Made by a program: the position numbers and the translations under genes. Shown here piece after piece: positions 61,602 to 64,000 of a stretch of 64,000 nucleotides of DNA. Origin of the DNA: Bacillota bacterium (GTDB lineage: Bacteria; Bacillota; Sulfobacillia; JAIMAT01). How positions within the stretch are numbered: position 1 is the stretch's first letter; the number at the start of each line of letters is the position of its first letter. The notes under the pieces were generated by a model. The model was not told the origin of the DNA, made no database searches, and saw only the letters and a list, made by a program, of their open reading frames with translations. Location: NCBI GenBank assembly GCA_029960955.1, contig JASBVS010000009.1, forward strand, positions 22,645 to 86,644, in the 5' to 3' direction.

Positions 61602-62474
61602 TTACCCCCTTTTGGACTCGGCCCGCAAGACCTCCAGGACCACCTCGGCCAGCGCCTCGCCGGCGCTGGCCGGCGCGTACCGCTCGGGAAGGGCGGGAAG
61701 GAGCCGGTAGCCCCCGGGCGGCCGCTCCCGCAGCGCGGGATGCAGACCGCCCGGCGCCGAGGCCAGGTCGAGCACCGGCAGCCCGGGGCGGACGGCGAAG
61801 AGCTCGGGCCCGAGGAGCGGCGCCGGCACGGTGTTGAAGAGGAGGTCGGCCCCCTCCGCGGCGGCCGCGGCCAGCGCCTCGACCGGCGCCGCCTCGTGGC
61901 CGTCGGCCCGCGCCTCCGCCCGCGCCGAGGCGGAGCGGGCAAGCACCAGCGTCCGCGCTCCGAGGGCCGCCAGCAACCTGGCGAGCGTCCTTCCTGTGCG
62001 CCCGTAGCCCAGGACGAGGGCGCGCGCGCCCCGGATCGTCCGCTCCAGCCGCTCCGCCGCCGCCACCAGCGCGCCTTCGGCGGTGGGCACGGCGTTCAGC
62101 CAGGCGAAGTCGTCCCGTTCCAGGAGGGGGATGAGCGGATGGTTCCGGGCGAGCGGTTCGAAGAGCGAGCGGGCCGGCCCCTCGGGCGGTCGCCCGAAGA
62201 GGAGAGGGGCGCCGGCAGGAAGCGCCCTCAGCAGGGCGCCCTCCAGCCTCCAGGCCGGCCGCCCCTCCTCCGCCACCTCCGGCGTCGCGCCGACGCTGGC
62301 CACCGGCAGGACGAGCGCCTGCACCCGCCCCAGCGCCCGCGTCGCGCCGGCCTCGTCCCAGCCGCTCGCGCGCCGGATCTCCAGGACCTCCAGGCCTTCC
62401 GCCCGCAGCCGCGCCGCCGCGGCGGCCTCCCTGCGGCCTCCGCCCAGGAAGGCGACCCGCTGCCACCGTCCCAC
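61602..62474 (-). CDS. dpaA: Dipicolinate synthase subunit A
   Basis: DDFAWLNAVPTAEG, LGYGRTG, FNTVP, DLASAPGG and LP...AP..AG. Confidence 0.88.
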   Translation of the reverse strand: MGRWQRVAFLGGGRREAAAAARLRAEGLEVLEIRRASGWDEAGATRALGRVQALVLPVASVGATPEVAEEGRPAWRLEGALLRALPAGAPLLFGRPPEGPARSLFEPLARNHPLIPLLERDDFAWLNAVPTAEGALVAAAERLERTIRGARALVLGYGRTGRTLARLLAALGARTLVLARSASARAEARADGHEAAPVEALAAAAAEGADLLFNTVPAPLLGPELFAVRPGLPVLDLASAPGGLHPALRERPPGGYRLLPALPERYAPASAGEALAEVVLEVLRAESKRG

Positions 62475-62511
62475 CGCTCACCGCCTCCCGGCCCGCTGCT
62501 CGCGCGCCCGC

Positions 62512-62540
62512 AGCCTATGCGGCGGGGGCGGGGGCCGTGA
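62512..62540 (-). promoter_or_regulatory. Sigma-K-like sporulation promoter for dpaAB
   Basis: Minus strand TCAC-17 nt-CATAGGCT fits the AC...CATAnnnT pattern; spoVF is sigma-K-dependent in B. subtilis. Confidence 0.6.
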
Positions 62541-62598
62541 GCGGAAAGCTCTCCGGGCCTCGTCCGGAAAGCGGACGGGCCGGGCAGGGGTTCCGCGC

Positions 62599-63339
62599 TC
62601 AGCCGGCCAGCTCGGCCAGGTCGAAGACGGCGTGGTCGACGTGCAGGATGCGCCGGACCGCGAGGATGACGCCCGGCGCGAAGGAGTCGCGGCTCGAGCT
62701 GTCGTGGGTCAGGGTGAGCGTCTCGCCCGTGCCGCCGAAGATCAGCGTGTGGCGCGCGACGAAGCCCGGCAGGCGGACGCTGTGGATGGGGACGGGCGAG
62801 CGGGCGCCGGCCGCCGCCAGCGCCTCGGAGAGGTGGAGCGCCGTCCCCGAGGGGACATCCAGCTTGGTGTCGTGGTGGAGCTCGACCACCTCGACCTTGG
62901 GGAAGAAGCGGGCCGCCTCGCGCGCGAAGCGGCCGAGCAGGAGGATGCCGAAGGAGAAGTTGGGGATGACGGCCGCCCCGAGGCGGAGCTCCTGGGCCCG
63001 GAGCCGGATCGCCTCCAGCTCCTCGTCGGCCAGCCCCGTCGTCCCCACCACGGGCCGCACGCCGAGGTCCAGGGCGAGGAGCGCGTTCGACCCCGCGACC
63101 GAAGGAAGCGTGAAGTCCACCAGGACGTCCGGCTGCTCCCGTTCCAGGCAGGCGCGCAGGTCGCCTTCCACCCGGATCTCGGTCGGGACGCCCGCGTGGG
63201 CGCTGAGCGGCTCGCCCGCGTGGCGGAGGGCGACGGCCCCCACCACCTCGATCCCCTCGGCGGTCAGGAGGCCCCGCGTGACCGCGCTTCCGGTCCTTCC
63301 CGTGGCGCCCGCCACCACGACGCGCACCGCGCTGCTCAT
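62599..63339 (-). CDS. dapB: 4-hydroxy-tetrahydrodipicolinate reductase
   Basis: GATGRTG, VDFT, VVGTTG, PNFSFG, ELHHDTKLDVPSGTA and IHSVRLPG. Start ATG at 63339. Confidence 0.92.
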   Translation of the reverse strand: MSSAVRVVVAGATGRTGSAVTRGLLTAEGIEVVGAVALRHAGEPLSAHAGVPTEIRVEGDLRACLEREQPDVLVDFTLPSVAGSNALLALDLGVRPVVGTTGLADEELEAIRLRAQELRLGAAVIPNFSFGILLLGRFAREAARFFPKVEVVELHHDTKLDVPSGTALHLSEALAAAGARSPVPIHSVRLPGFVARHTLIFGGTGETLTLTHDSSSRDSFAPGVILAVRRILHVDHAVFDLAELAG

Positions 63340-63379
63340 GGACTCCCCTCCCTGCTCCGTTCGGCCCTGCCAACCGATC

Positions 63380-63409
63380 ATGCTAACAGAGAGCGGGGGC
63401 GCGCGTCAG
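63380..63409 (-). promoter_or_regulatory. Probable sigma-A extended -10 promoter for dapB
   Basis: CTGACG-18 nt-TAGCAT with TGt immediately before the -10 hexamer. Confidence 0.45.
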
Positions 63410-63441
63410 GGCGCGTCCCCGCTCTCCGCGACCTTCCCGGG

Positions 63442-63936
63442 CTAGTAGCTGCGCACGTCCCTGGCCCCCTGCTGGCGCAGGATGCGGGCCGCCTCGTCGG
63501 CGCGCCGGCTGTCCTGGACCACCGCGAGGAAGCGTCCCTGGCGGACCTCCTCCTCGTATCCGCGGCTCTCGTTCTCGGGGATGCCCATGTCGACAAGCCC
63601 GCCCGCCAGGCCGCCGGCTGCGGCTCCGCCCAGCGTGGCGGCCAGAGGCCCCATCGCCACCAGCGGCCCGATCCCGGGGATCGCCAGCGCGCCCAGCGAG
63701 GCCGCCAGCCCCACGCCGGCGCCGATGCCGGCGCCCCAGCCGGTGCCGTCGGACAGGTTCTGGTCGCCCCAGCCGCGAGCGCCCTGCATCCGCCCGGCGC
63801 CGCCGCCCGCGCGCGCCCGTTCGTCCTTGCCCGCCAGCGAGACCTGCCGGTCGCTGAAGCCGGCCTGCTCCAGCGCCTGCACCGCACGCTCGGCCGCGTC
63901 CCGGCTGTCGAAGACGCCGGCTACCGTCCTTACCAT
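63442..63936 (-). CDS. General stress protein-like membrane protein (YflT/17M-like domain plus glycine zipper)
   Basis: VAGVFDS...AERAV..L...GF....SL, central G-rich hairpin LAIPGIGPLVAMGPL, and GIPE....YE..V..G..L..V. Confidence 0.75.
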   Translation of the reverse strand: MVRTVAGVFDSRDAAERAVQALEQAGFSDRQVSLAGKDERARAGGGAGRMQGARGWGDQNLSDGTGWGAGIGAGVGLAASLGALAIPGIGPLVAMGPLAATLGGAAAGGLAGGLVDMGIPENESRGYEEEVRQGRFLAVVQDSRRADEAARILRQQGARDVRSY

Positions 63937-63972
63937 CGCACAACCCTCCCACGCGAACCTGACTGCCGCCGC

Positions 63973-63982
63973 TAGTATTCCC
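63973..63982 (-). promoter_or_regulatory. Possible forespore sigma (F/G-type) -10 element
   Basis: GGGAATACTA matches GGnnAnAnTR; the -35 element would fall at or beyond the window edge. Confidence 0.3.
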
Positions 63983-64000
63983 GGGCGGCTCGTCGGCGCC

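Overview
Very GC-rich (by eye well above 70%) chromosomal segment, almost certainly from a spore-forming member of the Bacillota. The right end carries the Bacillus-type block dapB-dpaA-dpaB-asd-dapG-dapA-rnj, with a sigma-K-like promoter in front of dpaA. The first ~51 kb is accessory metabolism, nearly all on the minus strand: (i) a 2-hydroxyacid dehydrogenase / benzoylformate-decarboxylase-like / SCP2 / ADH / ALDH operon with an XRE-MmyB regulator; (ii) a GntR-MFS-CoA transferase-crotonase unit with a divergent amidase and a repeated TGTCGACCGT motif; (iii) an M24 hydrolase, AtoE transporter and acyl-CoA synthetase; (iv) a form I aerobic CO dehydrogenase operon (coxMSL with AYRCSFR, coxG, xdhC/coxF-YHS fusion) that runs directly into a DosS/DosT-like GAF histidine kinase keeping the heme-ligand His and a NarL-type response regulator; (v) an ~18 kb catabolic island of unknown substrate (LacI, LVIVD propeller, Liv-type ABC transporter, E2/E1alpha/E1beta, two Zn dehydrogenases, cyclase-family hydrolase, lone Mo-hydroxylase large subunit, ACMSD-like amidohydrolase, DHPON-hydrolase-like enzyme) tied together by three copies of a LacI-type palindrome TGCAATCGATTGC; (vi) the amidohydrolase + DUF59 pair normally seen in propane monooxygenase clusters, here without a monooxygenase. 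No rRNA, tRNA, CRISPR array or mobile element was recognised. All family assignments come from motif recognition by eye, not database searches.
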